DNA of 64,000 nt from an uncultured Candidatus Rokubacteria bacterium (GTDB taxonomy: Bacteria; Methylomirabilota; Methylomirabilia; Rokubacteriales; DASRDR01): positions 1,728,001-1,792,000 of the forward strand of contig CAWGVS010000005.1 of assembly GCA_963826115.1 (NCBI GenBank), read 5' to 3'. The translations under genes and the position numbers were made by a program. Below, in pieces: positions 50,250 to 59,850 of the stretch; the stretch's first letter is position 1; each line of letters begins with the position of its first letter. The notes below the pieces were generated by a model. That model was given only the letters and a program-made list of their open reading frames with translations. It did no database searches and was not told the DNA's origin.

Positions 50250-51047
50250 TCAGAACCAGCCCGGGTCGTGCGGCAGGAGGATCCGCTCGCCGCCCTGGTC
50301 ACGCACGATGCGCGGACGGATCGCCGGGATCGTCCGGCCGCGCGCGGCCCCGAGGAGCGCCTCGACGTCGCGGTGGTCCGCGAGCGACGCGAGGATCCGC
50401 TGGGTGGGGAGCGGCAGCACGAGCTCGTGGCTCCGGTGGCGGGCCAGCGCGTCGTCCGGGCGGATCCAGCGTGCGGCCACCATCTCCGACCCGTCGGGCT
50501 CGGCGGTCTGGTCGGGGCAGGCCGCGACGAAGAAGCGCGTGTCGTATCGGATCGGCCGCTCCTCCGGCGTGATCCAGTGCGCCCAGTAGGCGGTCCGATC
50601 CATCGCCAGTGCGAGCTCGTGCTCACCGAGGAGCCGGGCGAAGGCCGCACTCTCCGCACGGCAGCGGGCGCGCTGGGCCTGGACGTCGCCGAGGCTCGCC
50701 AGGTCCAGCGGGCGTCCGTCCGGTCCGTACGCGAGCAGGATCCCCGCTTCCTCGAACGCCTCGCGAAAGGCGGCCACCCAGAAACCGATCGCGCGCTCCA
50801 GGGGCTGGACGTCGGAGAGCTGCGCCGCCGCCGCCGACCGCGTGAGCCCCCGGCAGCGCGCCTCGATCCCGGGCGCCGCGTCCGCCGGCTCGACGCGGCC
50901 CCCGGGAAAGGCGAAGGCGCCGGGCGAGAACCGGCTGGCGGGGTGTCGCTGGAGGAGCAGGATCTCGACGTGGCCCGACGCGTCGCGCGCGAGGATCACG
51001 GACGCCGCCTCGCGAGGCGTGGGCGCGCGAGCGGAAGCGTCCTGCAC
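50250..51047 (-). CDS. NUDIX hydrolase (NUDT19-like)
   Basis: REAASVIL, FPGG, REAFEEAG, HWITP...RYDTRFF. Confidence 0.88.
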   Translation of the reverse strand: MQDASARAPTPREAASVILARDASGHVEILLLQRHPASRFSPGAFAFPGGRVEPADAAPGIEARCRGLTRSAAAAQLSDVQPLERAIGFWVAAFREAFEEAGILLAYGPDGRPLDLASLGDVQAQRARCRAESAAFARLLGEHELALAMDRTAYWAHWITPEERPIRYDTRFFVAACPDQTAEPDGSEMVAARWIRPDDALARHRSHELVLPLPTQRILASLADHRDVEALLGAARGRTIPAIRPRIVRDQGGERILLPHDPGWF

Positions 51048-51148
51048 GGCGCGGTGGTACCACGGCGGTCCGGTGCCGTCAACGGCGCGAGCGCTACCCG
51101 CATCCGTCCGCACCGGTTCCTCCCGCGGACGGCGGGTAGAATGGCCGG

Positions 51149-52309
51149 GTGCGCGGGCTCCTGTTCCTCGTCGCCCTGATCGTCCTCGTCGACACGGTCT
51201 TCTTCGCCGTGCTCTCCCCGCTCCTGCCCACCTACGCGGCGAGCCTCGGGCTCTCGAAGGGCGCGGCCGGCCTCCTCGGCGGCGCGTTCGCCGCCGGCGT
51301 GTTCGTGGCAGCCGTCCCGAGCGGCCTCCTCGCGGCACGACTCGGGCTCCGCCCGACGCTGGTCCTCGGGCTCGGCCTGACCGCGGTCACGAGCGTCCTC
51401 TTCGGGCTCGCGGACTCCTACGGCCTCCTCGTGCTCACCAGGTTCGGCGCGGGCCTCGGGAGCGCGTGCTCGTGGACGGCCGCAGTGGGCTGGCTCGCCC
51501 GCGCGGCGCCGCCCGAGCGCCGCGGGGAGATGATCGGCTTCGCGATCTCCGCGGCGGTGGCCGGAGCGTTCCTCGGCCCCGTGCTGGGCGCCGCCGCCGG
51601 GTGGGCGGGCACCGGACCTGCCTTCGGCGCCATCGCCGCGGGGGCCGCGGCGCTCGCCGGCCGCGTCGTGATGCTCCGGGAGCCGGACGCGCCGCCTCGC
51701 GGCGTGGCCATGACCGCGGCGCTCCGCATCCCCTCGCTCCGCGTGCCGTTCGGTCTCATCGTGCTGGCGCCGCTCCTCTTCGCGGTCCTTGGCGTCCTCG
51801 TGCCGCTGTCGCTCGGCGCCCGCGGCTGGGGCGCCGCGCGCCTCGGCGTCCTCTACGCGGCGGCCGCCGCCCTGGAGGCGGTCGTGCACCCGCTGCTCGG
51901 ACGCTGGGCGGACCGTCAGGGGGCCTACGCGCCGGTGGCCTCCGGGCTCGTGGGCTCGATCGCCGTGCTCGCGGCGCTCGCCCTGTCGGAGCCCTCGTGG
52001 CTCATCGCGGGCCTCGCCGTGGCCGCGGCAATCACGTTCGGCGCCACCCTCGTCCCCGGCATGGCCCTCCTCACGCGGGCCGCCGACGCGGCGGGTCTCG
52101 ACGGCGTCCTCGCGATCGCGCTCGCCAACCTGGCGTGGGCGCTCGGTCACGCGGTCGGCTCGCCCTTCTGCGGCTGGCTGGCCGACCGCGCCGGCGACAC
52201 CGTCACGTACCTCGCGTTCGCGATCCTGTGCGTCGGGGTCCTGGCCAGCCTCCACCGCGGGCGCCGCGCCCTGGCCGCGAGCCCGCCCGCAGAGGCGCTC
52301 GCGCCTTGA
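51149..52309 (+). CDS. MFS transporter
   Basis: 12 TM pattern; GLLAARLG and GRWADRQG motifs. Confidence 0.88.
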   Translation: MRGLLFLVALIVLVDTVFFAVLSPLLPTYAASLGLSKGAAGLLGGAFAAGVFVAAVPSGLLAARLGLRPTLVLGLGLTAVTSVLFGLADSYGLLVLTRFGAGLGSACSWTAAVGWLARAAPPERRGEMIGFAISAAVAGAFLGPVLGAAAGWAGTGPAFGAIAAGAAALAGRVVMLREPDAPPRGVAMTAALRIPSLRVPFGLIVLAPLLFAVLGVLVPLSLGARGWGAARLGVLYAAAAALEAVVHPLLGRWADRQGAYAPVASGLVGSIAVLAALALSEPSWLIAGLAVAAAITFGATLVPGMALLTRAADAAGLDGVLAIALANLAWALGHAVGSPFCGWLADRAGDTVTYLAFAILCVGVLASLHRGRRALAASPPAEALAP

Positions 52310-52334
52310 CCTCGCCCCCGCGCGTCCCTACGAT
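52306..52334 (+). promoter_or_regulatory. Sigma70-type promoter for the Rid genes
   Basis: TTGACC-N17-TACGAT. Confidence 0.55.
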
Positions 52335-52388
52335 GGCCGGGCCGTGAGATCGGCCGTCCGCACCCCGTCCCGCCAGCAAGGAATCCCG

Positions 52389-52904
52389 ATGGGAGCTGAG
52401 GCGCGCCTGAAGGCTCTGGGCATCGAGCTGCCCGTCCCGCCGCGTCCGATGGCGGCGTACGCCAACGCCGCGCGCTCGGGGAACCTGCTGTTCGTTTCGG
52501 GCCACGGGCCGGTGCGGAACGGACGCATCACCCATCGGGGCAGGGTCGGCGACGATCTCACGATCGAGCAAGGCCGGGAGGCGGCGAGACTGACAGGGTT
52601 GAACCTGCTCGCCTCGGTGCGCGAAGCGCTCGGGAGCCTCGATCGCGTCCGCCGGATCGTCAAGGTGCTCGGCATGGTGCAGTGCACCGACGACTTCACC
52701 GAGCATCCACGGGTCATCAACGGCTTCTCCAACCTCATGGTCGAGGTCTTCGGCGAGGCGGGCCGACATGCCCGGTCCGCCGTCGGCATGGGCTCGCTGC
52801 CCTTCGGCATGTCGGTGGAGATCGAGATGATCATCGAAGTCTCCGGCGCCGCCGCCCGCCGGTCGCGGCCCTCGCGGCCCGCCGCGCGCGGCCGGCGCCG
52901 CTAG
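52389..52904 (+). CDS. RidA/YjgF family protein
   Basis: RLKALGIELP, LFVSGHGP, HP.VINGFS, HARSAVG.SLP..VEIE. Confidence 0.9.
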   Translation: MGAEARLKALGIELPVPPRPMAAYANAARSGNLLFVSGHGPVRNGRITHRGRVGDDLTIEQGREAARLTGLNLLASVREALGSLDRVRRIVKVLGMVQCTDDFTEHPRVINGFSNLMVEVFGEAGRHARSAVGMGSLPFGMSVEIEMIIEVSGAAARRSRPSRPAARGRRR

Positions 52905-53503
52905 GCCGGGCCACGGCTCCCTCGCGTCGCGCGCGCCGTCGACCGCGACGTGATCCCCTGGCCGGCATCACACCGACCGCGCCGTCGGATCAGTACGTGC
53001 AGGCGGTTCCGTCCGGACGCCGGCTCTTCGTGTCCGGGCACGACCCGGAGCGCGGCGGCCGGCTGGTCTACCGTGGATGGGCGGGCCAGGCGGTCCCGAT
53101 CGCGCGGACCGGCGACGCCCTCCGTCTCGCGACCCTCAACGCCCTCGCCTCGGCCCGGGCCGCCTCGGGCTCGCTGGAGCGCCTCCGGTGCGTGGCGCTG
53201 ACGGCCTTCGTCTCGACGGCCACCCCGGCGGGGCTGGACCCGAAGCTCCTCCGGCCGAGCCTTGCGACGGTGGCGAGCGTCCTCGGCGTCGCGACGCGGC
53301 CGGCCGTGTGGCTCCGCCCCGCCCAGGGCCTGGCGGGCGGCATGACGGTCGAGGTCGAGCTCCTGCTCGAGCTCCGCGGCGGCGGCGGACGCCGGCGGGC
53401 GCCGCGCTCTCCCGTCACTCCACGCCGGCGAGGCCGCCCTCGAGGGCGAGGAGGCCCGGCAGGCGCTCGAGCGCCTCGGCGATCCGCGGCCCGTACCAGC
53501 TGA
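52901..53503 (+). CDS. Divergent Rid-family paralog, no clear start codon (possible pseudogene)
   Basis: YVQAVPSGRRLFVSGHDP, ALRLATLNALAS..GSLER and TVEVELLLE align with the upstream Rid gene; overlaps the convergent gene. Confidence 0.6.
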   Translation, partial: LGRATAPSRRARRRPRRDPLAGITPTAPSDQYVQAVPSGRRLFVSGHDPERGGRLVYRGWAGQAVPIARTGDALRLATLNALASARAASGSLERLRCVALTAFVSTATPAGLDPKLLRPSLATVASVLGVATRPAVWLRPAQGLAGGMTVEVELLLELRGGGGRRRAPRSPVTPRRRGRPRGRGGPAGARAPRRSAARTS

Positions 53504-54263
53504 GGAGCTTGCCGTCGATCAGCCGCACGCGGCCCGTCTGGACCGCCGGCACGTCGGTCAGCGGCTCGAAGTCGCGGCGGTGGATCGCGCGGAACCGGTA
53601 CGGCTCGTCCGGGAGCAGGATCACCGCCGGCGCCGCCGCGCGGACTTCCTCGAGGGTCACCTCCGGATAGCGCGCGGGGCTCGCCCCGAACACGTTGTCG
53701 CCGCCGCAGGTCCGCAGCGCGTCGTGGACGTACGTGTCGCGGTTGACCGTCATGTACGGCCGGCGCCAGATCGGGCAGAAGACGCGGACACGCGGCCGCG
53801 CCGACGCCCGGGCGAGGGCCTGCGCGCGCGCCGCCTCGAGCGAATCCGCCATCGCCGTCGCGGCCTCGATCGCGTCGGTGAGCACGCCCAGCTGTCGCAC
53901 GAGCTCGATGCCCTCCGCCACCGTCCGCGGGAACGCGACCCACACCGGAACACCCGCCGCCCGCAGCGCCTCGACGACCTCGCGCCGGTTCTCCTCCATG
54001 TTGGCCACCACGAGGTCCGGCGCGAGAGCCAGGATGCGCGCGGGGTCGGGATCCTTCTCGCGGCCGACCTTGGCCACCCGGCCCACCCGATCCCGCGGCT
54101 CCGTGCAGAAGATGGTCACGCCGGCGATGCGGTCCTCGAGCCCGAGCGCGAACAGGAGCTCCGTGATGCTGGGGACGAGTGACACGATGCGCGCGGGGCG
54201 GGCCGGCACGGCGACGAGCGCCCCGCTCGCGTCCCGTCGCGGCACCGGGCCGGAGCCCGTCAC
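53415..54263 (-). CDS. BtuF-like helical-backbone metal/cobalamin-binding protein
   Basis: RIVSLVPSITELL, PDLVVAN.EEN, LPDEPY.F, IDG.LLSWYGPR; no signal peptide. Confidence 0.82.
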   Translation of the reverse strand: MTGSGPVPRRDASGALVAVPARPARIVSLVPSITELLFALGLEDRIAGVTIFCTEPRDRVGRVAKVGREKDPDPARILALAPDLVVANMEENRREVVEALRAAGVPVWVAFPRTVAEGIELVRQLGVLTDAIEAATAMADSLEAARAQALARASARPRVRVFCPIWRRPYMTVNRDTYVHDALRTCGGDNVFGASPARYPEVTLEEVRAAAPAVILLPDEPYRFRAIHRRDFEPLTDVPAVQTGRVRLIDGKLLSWYGPRIAEALERLPGLLALEGGLAGVE

Positions 54264-54327
54264 CGGTCGCCCTGCCGCGGGCGCGGCGGGGGAGCCGGCA
54301 GCGCCGGCATCCCGCGCGAGCCGGTCG

Positions 54328-54738
54328 TCAGGGCTCCGCGTCCGTCGCGGGCCGGGAGATGATCCGGCGCCCGATGAGCTCCAGCGCGAGGATCACGAAC
54401 ATCGCGACGACGATCGCGATCGCCACGGCGGCGGCGACGGGGTCCCCGCCGGGCGCCAGCTCCTTCGCGCGCGCGGCCAGCTCGGCCCGCTCGGCGGGCG
54501 TGAGGCGCTCCCAGAGCGCGGTCGCGTCCGCCTCCGACACCCCGAGCGCGGCCAGCTCGGCCCGGACGGCGCGCTCGTCGAGGAGCGCCCGCGCCCGGTC
54601 GAGGTCGCCCGTCGCGGCGTCCTCGCGCGCCGGCGGCAGCGGCGCGGCGTCGACCCGTGGCGCCGCGCCGATCGTGACCCCCCACAGGACGACGAGCCAC
54701 ACGAGCCAGCGCGGACGGAGCAGCCGATCTCGGGCCAT
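54328..54738 (-). CDS. PA2779-like exported protein with C-terminal TM helix
   Basis: Signal peptide; V.A.L.ALGVS..A...LT.AE...PGGD followed by a hydrophobic helix. Confidence 0.65.
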   Translation of the reverse strand: MARDRLLRPRWLVWLVVLWGVTIGAAPRVDAAPLPPAREDAATGDLDRARALLDERAVRAELAALGVSEADATALWERLTPAERAELAARAKELAPGGDPVAAAVAIAIVVAMFVILALELIGRRIISRPATDAEP

Positions 54739-54750
54739 GGGCGGCCGGGC

Positions 54751-54858
54751 TCAGGCGCCGCGGCGGAGAGCCGCCGCCAGCGCGGCGCGCGCGTCCTCGC
54801 CGTCCGTCACCGCCATGCCGAAGACACCGAGGAGCCGCAGCGTCGAGTCTTCGGCCAT
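54751..54858 (-). CDS. Small hypothetical protein, 35 aa (MAEDSTLRLLGVFGMAVTDGEDARAALAAALRRGA)
   Basis: Fills the gap between two co-oriented genes; ATG 1 nt after the upstream stop; GGAGG RBS; GC3-rich codons. Confidence 0.5.
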   Translation of the reverse strand: MAEDSTLRLLGVFGMAVTDGEDARAALAAALRRGA

Positions 54859-54859
54859 C

Positions 54860-55237
54860 TCAGTCCTCCACCAGCTCGGGGACCGCCTGCCAGCGCGCCG
54901 GCCCCTCGGGCTTGAAGTTCTTGGTGTTCACGAAATGCATGCCGTGGTGGATGTTGAGCTTGAACTTCCCGCCGCCGAACCGCTCCCGAATGAACGACTC
55001 GGGCGCCTCCAGGAACGGGCGCATCTCGTCGCCGCGAAGCCGCAGGAGCCGCTTGAAGCGCACCGTCCCCTGCCACGGCTCCTGGACGAGGATGGTGCAG
55101 GAAAGGTCGCGCCAGAGGCGCGCCACCTCGTCGAGCGTGTCCCGGGGCGTCGGATTGCTCGTGCCGCGGTCCTCGAGGGATCGATCGACGTAGTCCTCGA
55201 TCAGCACCCACGCCCAGGCGGGGATCAGGTCGCTCAC
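54860..55237 (-). CDS. Hypothetical protein, 125 aa
   Basis: Protein-like composition; TATAAT 8 nt upstream of the GTG start. Confidence 0.7.
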   Translation of the reverse strand: MSDLIPAWAWVLIEDYVDRSLEDRGTSNPTPRDTLDEVARLWRDLSCTILVQEPWQGTVRFKRLLRLRGDEMRPFLEAPESFIRERFGGGKFKLNIHHGMHFVNTKNFKPEGPARWQAVPELVED

Positions 55238-55396
55238 AGCCCGGTATTATAGGCCCCGGCCCAGCCGATGGCGCCCGACGGTTCACTCCCGGCGCCTGCC
55301 GATTCCCTTGCGCCCGGTCGACGGAGAAGGCTAGAGTGTCCGCCAGGCCTGGCGCGCCGGCCCGGCAAGCCGTGCCCGCGCGCGAAGGGGGGAAAA

Positions 55397-55999
55397 GTGT
55401 CGCAGCTCGGGGATCTGGATCGCGAGAGCGAGCGGCTCCTGTTCCACGTCGTGCGCGCCGTGGCCGACGCGACCCACGCCGGCGATCCGTACATGGCGGG
55501 CCATTCGTCCCGGGTGGCCGCCTACTGCGACAAGCTGGCGGAGTCCATGGAGCTGCCGCCCCGCGAGCGCCTGATGCTGTTCGTCGCCGCGGCGTTCCAC
55601 GACGTCGGATACCTCTCGACGCCCGAGTACATCCTGCGCAAGCCCTCGGTGCTCGCCGAGGACGAGATGGAGGAGGTCCGGGTCCATCCCGTGCGCGGCG
55701 CCGAGGTCTTCGGTACCCAGCCGATCCTGGCCGAGATCGCCCGAGCCGTCCGGCACCACCACGAGCGGTTCGACGGGAGCGGGTACCCCGAGGGGCTCCG
55801 CGGCGACGAGATCCCGCTGTTCTCCCGGATCATCCTGGTCGCCGAGACCTACGAGGCCATGACGCACCACCGCCCCTACCGGCGGGCCCTCTCGGCGGAG
55901 GAGGCAACGCGTCGCCTCCAGGAGAGCGCCGGGTCCCAGCTCGACCCCGAGATCGTCAAGCACTTCCTGGCGATCCTGGGCGCCGAGCCGAGCGCCTAG
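55397..55999 (+). CDS. Stand-alone HD-GYP domain protein
   Basis: GHSSRV, FHDVG, HHHERFDGSGYP.GL.G..IP, RPYR. Confidence 0.88.
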   Translation: MSQLGDLDRESERLLFHVVRAVADATHAGDPYMAGHSSRVAAYCDKLAESMELPPRERLMLFVAAAFHDVGYLSTPEYILRKPSVLAEDEMEEVRVHPVRGAEVFGTQPILAEIARAVRHHHERFDGSGYPEGLRGDEIPLFSRIILVAETYEAMTHHRPYRRALSAEEATRRLQESAGSQLDPEIVKHFLAILGAEPSA

Positions 56000-56000
56000 G

Positions 56001-57218
56001 TCAGGGCTTCTTCGGCTGCTGGCGCTGCTGTAGGTTCTTCAGCAGGCGCTCGGCCTGGTCGATGTTCTTCTTCGCGTTGACGTGGTCCGGGTCGTACTCC
56101 AGCACGGCCTTCCACTGCGTGATCGCGTCCTCGAGCTTCTCCTCGCGGTAGAGCTGGAGCCCCTGCGCGTAGTGCTGCTGCGCGGCGCTCGTCCGCGCCT
56201 GCTTGAGCAAGGTCGGCGAGTCCTGGTAGGTGGGGGTCAGCCGCGTCAGCTGGACCAGCGTCTTGACGGAGTCGTCGTACTTCTTCTGGCCGAACTGGCT
56301 CTTCCCGAGCCCGTACAGGACGGCCTTCTTGAGCTCGACCGCGTCGGGGTTCTGGGCGTTGCTGGCGAGGACCCGGTCCACGTCCGCAAGCGCCACCTGG
56401 AACTCCCCCTTCTCGAGCGACTCCCGCGCGCCCACGAGGAGAGGGTTGATCTCGACCGTCTCGGTCGGACGCGCCGTGTCGGGCGGGGCCGCGTCGGGAC
56501 GCGCCGCCGGCTCCGGCGGCTTCGGCCGGAGCTCCGGCAGCACGAAGGGCACGCCAGGGATCTCCGGGATCTTGAGCGTCATGCCAGCGGTGAGCCGCGG
56601 GTTCGGCGGCAGCTGATTCGTCTCCCAGATCACCTCGGAGCGCGCGCGGTCCCCGTAGTAGCGCTCGGCGATCGTCGCCAGCGTCTCCCCGGCCTTGACC
56701 GTGTGCGGGACGAAACGGATCTCCTTGACGTCGTTCTGGATCGCCGAGAAGGCCGCCTGGTTCGTGGGGTCCATCGCCAGCACGGCGAGGAAGTGCCGCC
56801 GAGCCTCGAGGTTGTCGCCCTTCGCCAGGGCGTCCTTCCCCTGGCCGAGGCGCTCGGTGACCGTTCGCTCGAGGCGCGCCTCCAGCTGCCGGCGCCCGTC
56901 CTTCGCCAGCCTGGTCGTTCGGGTCGATCGTGAGCGCGATCTTCCACTCGTCGAGGGCCTGCCGGAGGTCGCCGCTGCCCTCGAGCCGCCGCGCGCGGTC
57001 CTTGTGTCCCGCCGCCAGCTGCTGACGCGGCGACAGGGGCACCGGCGCGGGAGCGACCGCGGACGGCGGCGGCGCGACAGGTGCGGGCGCGGCGGGCGTC
57101 GCCGAGGGCGCGGCGGGGCGGGGCCCGGCGTCGCCGCCGGCGGCGGGGTCGCGGCGGCGCAGGCGCCCAGGAGGAGGGCCAGGACGCCGACGAGGACGGT
57201 TCGGAGACGTCGTCCCAT
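56001..57218 (-). CDS. LysM + TPR lipoprotein with compensating frameshifts near 57115 and 56907
   Basis: Lipobox LLGAC, Pro/Ala tether, TPR repeats, LysM HTVKAGETLATIAERYYG...N...LKIP. The segment RQQLAAGHKD...WKIALTIDPNDQA lies in an alternative frame. Confidence 0.82.
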   Translation of the reverse strand: MGRRLRTVLVGVLALLLGACAAATPPPAATPGPAPPRPRRRPPRPHLSRRRRPRSLPRRCPCRRVSSWRRDTRTARGGSRAAATSGRPSTSGRSRSRSTRTTRLAKDGRRQLEARLERTVTERLGQGKDALAKGDNLEARRHFLAVLAMDPTNQAAFSAIQNDVKEIRFVPHTVKAGETLATIAERYYGDRARSEVIWETNQLPPNPRLTAGMTLKIPEIPGVPFVLPELRPKPPEPAARPDAAPPDTARPTETVEINPLLVGARESLEKGEFQVALADVDRVLASNAQNPDAVELKKAVLYGLGKSQFGQKKYDDSVKTLVQLTRLTPTYQDSPTLLKQARTSAAQQHYAQGLQLYREEKLEDAITQWKAVLEYDPDHVNAKKNIDQAERLLKNLQQRQQPKKP

Positions 57219-57220
57219 GC

Positions 57221-58330
57221 TCACCGGATCGGCTCCTCGCTGAACACGGTCAGGTTGCGGATGAAGTCATCCATGTTCATCTCGGAGTAGATCTGCGCAC
57301 GGTGGATCGTCAGGATCGGCGTGAACGAGGGGTTCCCCTGCCGGCGCACGTCGAGGGCCGCGAGGTACCCCGCCTCCCGGACGCGCTTGACCACGCCCTC
57401 GTCGTGCGAGCCGTATGGATAGGCGAGGATGCGGACCGGCTGCCCGATGCGCTGCTGGAAGATGGCGAGCGGCTGCACGAGCTCTGCCTGCATGCGCCGA
57501 TTGTAGTCCTCTTCGGACTCGTTCGCCTTCTTGCGCATGTCGTCGTGGGTCTTCGAGTGCGCCTGGATGTCGAACCCTTCCTGGGCGAGCTCCTTCAGCT
57601 CCGGCCACGACATGGCGATCCGTGCGCCGATGAAGTCCGTGTAGATGAACAGCGTCGCGGGGTATCCGAGCTCCTTGAGGATCGGGTACGCGTACTCCTT
57701 GAAGGACTTCCAGCCGTCATCGAACGTCAGGACGACCGTCTTCCTCGGGAGCTGCTGCTTGAGGGACGCGAACTCGATGAACTGCCGGAGCGTGATGACG
57801 TGGTACCCCTCGCGCTTGAGGTACCGCATCTGCTCCTCGAACGCGCTCGCGGACATGAGCAGGCGCCCGCGCGTCTGCGGCCCGAGGTTGTGGTAGCAGA
57901 GGATCGGCACCAGCTGGTACCCGCGCGCCTCCACGCCGGCCGGGTTCCACGGGCGCTTGGGGATCACGACCTCCCGGCCCGGCGTGAACGTCGCGGTGCC
58001 GTTGTAGTCCTCGACCATCCAGGCCTTGGCCGGGTCCCCGAGGTAACGCCGCGCGAGGCCTTCCGCCGTGTCCCCGGTCTTGGCGAGCACGATGACGAAG
58101 TCGTCGGACTCGAAGGCCTCGGGAAGCGGCTCCACGGGCCCGGGCGGCGGCGCCGGCCGCGCGGCCGGCGCGGGGGCCGGGCGGGTCGCGGCGGCGGGAC
58201 CCGACGCGGGGGCCGCGGGGGCCGGAGCCGGCGCAGCCCCGGTGGACGCGGGAGGCGCAGCCGCGCAGGCGGCCAGGAACCCCACCGCGATCGTCAGTAC
58301 GAGCCACCGCACCACGTGAACCCTCACCAT
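57221..58330 (-). CDS. Polysaccharide deacetylase (CE4) lipoprotein with LysM-like domain
   Basis: Lipobox LAAC; GDT...LARRYLG...N...VVIP; PILCYH, TFDDG, HSKTH, AYPYG. Confidence 0.88.
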   Translation of the reverse strand: MVRVHVVRWLVLTIAVGFLAACAAAPPASTGAAPAPAPAAPASGPAAATRPAPAPAARPAPPPGPVEPLPEAFESDDFVIVLAKTGDTAEGLARRYLGDPAKAWMVEDYNGTATFTPGREVVIPKRPWNPAGVEARGYQLVPILCYHNLGPQTRGRLLMSASAFEEQMRYLKREGYHVITLRQFIEFASLKQQLPRKTVVLTFDDGWKSFKEYAYPILKELGYPATLFIYTDFIGARIAMSWPELKELAQEGFDIQAHSKTHDDMRKKANESEEDYNRRMQAELVQPLAIFQQRIGQPVRILAYPYGSHDEGVVKRVREAGYLAALDVRRQGNPSFTPILTIHRAQIYSEMNMDDFIRNLTVFSEEPIR

Positions 58331-58380
58331 CGACTTCTCCTTCACGTCGCGTCCCGCCGGACCGCGCGCATCCAATCGTC

Positions 58381-59805
58381 TCATGCGCCCTGGGCAAGCC
58401 CCAGGACCTCGTAGACCTCGATCTGCTCTTCCTTGCCCTTCACCCGGATCACCCCCAGCGTGCGCACGTTGACCACGCCTTCGACCCGCTGGTAGGTGCG
58501 GTGACTGATGAGGATCTGCCCTGGCTTCGCGTTAGACTCGAGCCGCGCCGCCAAATTCACGCTGTCGCCGATCACGGTGTACTCCATCCGGTCCTCGGTC
58601 CCCACCGTCCCGGCGACCGCCTCGCCGGCGCTCACGCCGATGCCGACCGCGATCGGGTCCTTGCCCTCCCGCGCGCGCTTCCGCGACAGCTCGGCCACGG
58701 CAGCCTGCATCGCGACCGCCGTCTTGACCGCGCGGGCCGGATGGTCCTCGTGGACGATGGGGGCCCCGAAGATCGCCATGACCCCGTCCCCGAGAAACTT
58801 GTCCACGATCCCGTCGTTCTTCGCCGTGGTGTCGACCATCAGCGTGTAGAAGTCGTTCAGCACCCCGACGACCTCCTCGGGCGACAGGCGCTCGGCGAGC
58901 GACGTGAATCCCCGCATGTCGCAGAACAGGACCGTGACGTCGCGGCGCTCTTCCTTGAGAGCAAGCTTCTCGGGATCCTTCAGGATCTCGTCCACGACCT
59001 GGCGAGCGACGTACCGCGTGAAGGCCCTCTTGATCATCTCCTTCTCGCGGAGGTTCTTCGCCATCTGGTTGAAGGACTCGGTCAGGGCGCCGATCTCGTC
59101 CCTCGAGGTCACCGGGAGGTGGATCTGGAAGTTGCCCGCCGCGACCTCGCGCGTCCCCTCGACCAGACGCATGACGGGCCCCGAGAGCACCGTCGCCAGC
59201 CCGAGCGCCCCGAGGACTCCGAGGACGACCATGGCGGCGCTGATCACGATCGTGGAGTTCCGCGCGGTGGCCACCGCCTGGTCGATGGGCTTCCGGCTGA
59301 AGCCCAGGTAGAGCGAGCCGACCGAGACCTTGCTGAAGACCAGGGGCACCGCGAAGTCGATGACCTTCCCGTGCTTGGGATCGACGTAGGGCGTGACCTG
59401 GGTCTCGCCCACCGCCATCGGGAGGCCTTCCGACCGCTGGACCCGCTGACCGATCTGCGAGAGGTCGGGGTGCGCCACCACCTTGCCGTCGGCGTCCGCG
59501 AAGACCACGTAGACGACGTCGGGGTCCTTCATCGCGTCCTGCACCAGGAGCGACAACGTCAGGTCGTCGTTCGACAGGATGGGGTTCTTCGACGCGTTCG
59601 CCAGATCGCGGGCGATGGTCCGGCCCCGCTTGCTCATCTCGTGCGTCAGGCTCTCCTGCTCCTGCCGCACGAGGAAGACGCTCACCAGCAGAACCGTGAG
59701 CACGACCAGCGTGGTGATGAGGAGGGTGAGCTTGACCTTCAGGGACAGCCGCAGCCCCGCCGGCTCCTTCTCGTCGACCACCACCACCTTTTGCTCGGCC
59801 GCCAT
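58381..59805 (-). CDS. Membrane adenylate cyclase (2 TM, extracytoplasmic sensor, HAMP, class III catalytic domain)
   Basis: SRDEIG.L..SFN.M HAMP; LFCDMRGFT, DKFLGDG, YTVIGDSVNLAARLE. Confidence 0.92.
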   Translation of the reverse strand: MAAEQKVVVVDEKEPAGLRLSLKVKLTLLITTLVVLTVLLVSVFLVRQEQESLTHEMSKRGRTIARDLANASKNPILSNDDLTLSLLVQDAMKDPDVVYVVFADADGKVVAHPDLSQIGQRVQRSEGLPMAVGETQVTPYVDPKHGKVIDFAVPLVFSKVSVGSLYLGFSRKPIDQAVATARNSTIVISAAMVVLGVLGALGLATVLSGPVMRLVEGTREVAAGNFQIHLPVTSRDEIGALTESFNQMAKNLREKEMIKRAFTRYVARQVVDEILKDPEKLALKEERRDVTVLFCDMRGFTSLAERLSPEEVVGVLNDFYTLMVDTTAKNDGIVDKFLGDGVMAIFGAPIVHEDHPARAVKTAVAMQAAVAELSRKRAREGKDPIAVGIGVSAGEAVAGTVGTEDRMEYTVIGDSVNLAARLESNAKPGQILISHRTYQRVEGVVNVRTLGVIRVKGKEEQIEVYEVLGLAQGA

Positions 59806-59850
59806 CCCCTCTCCTTCGCGCGGCCCGCCGCGCGCTGCCAGATCGCCGAT

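Noticed and set aside
56907-57118. Arg/Ser-rich low-complexity segment in the LysM-TPR ORF
   Set aside because: Out-of-frame translation between two compensating indels; the alternative frame gives a normal Pro/Ala linker and TPR.
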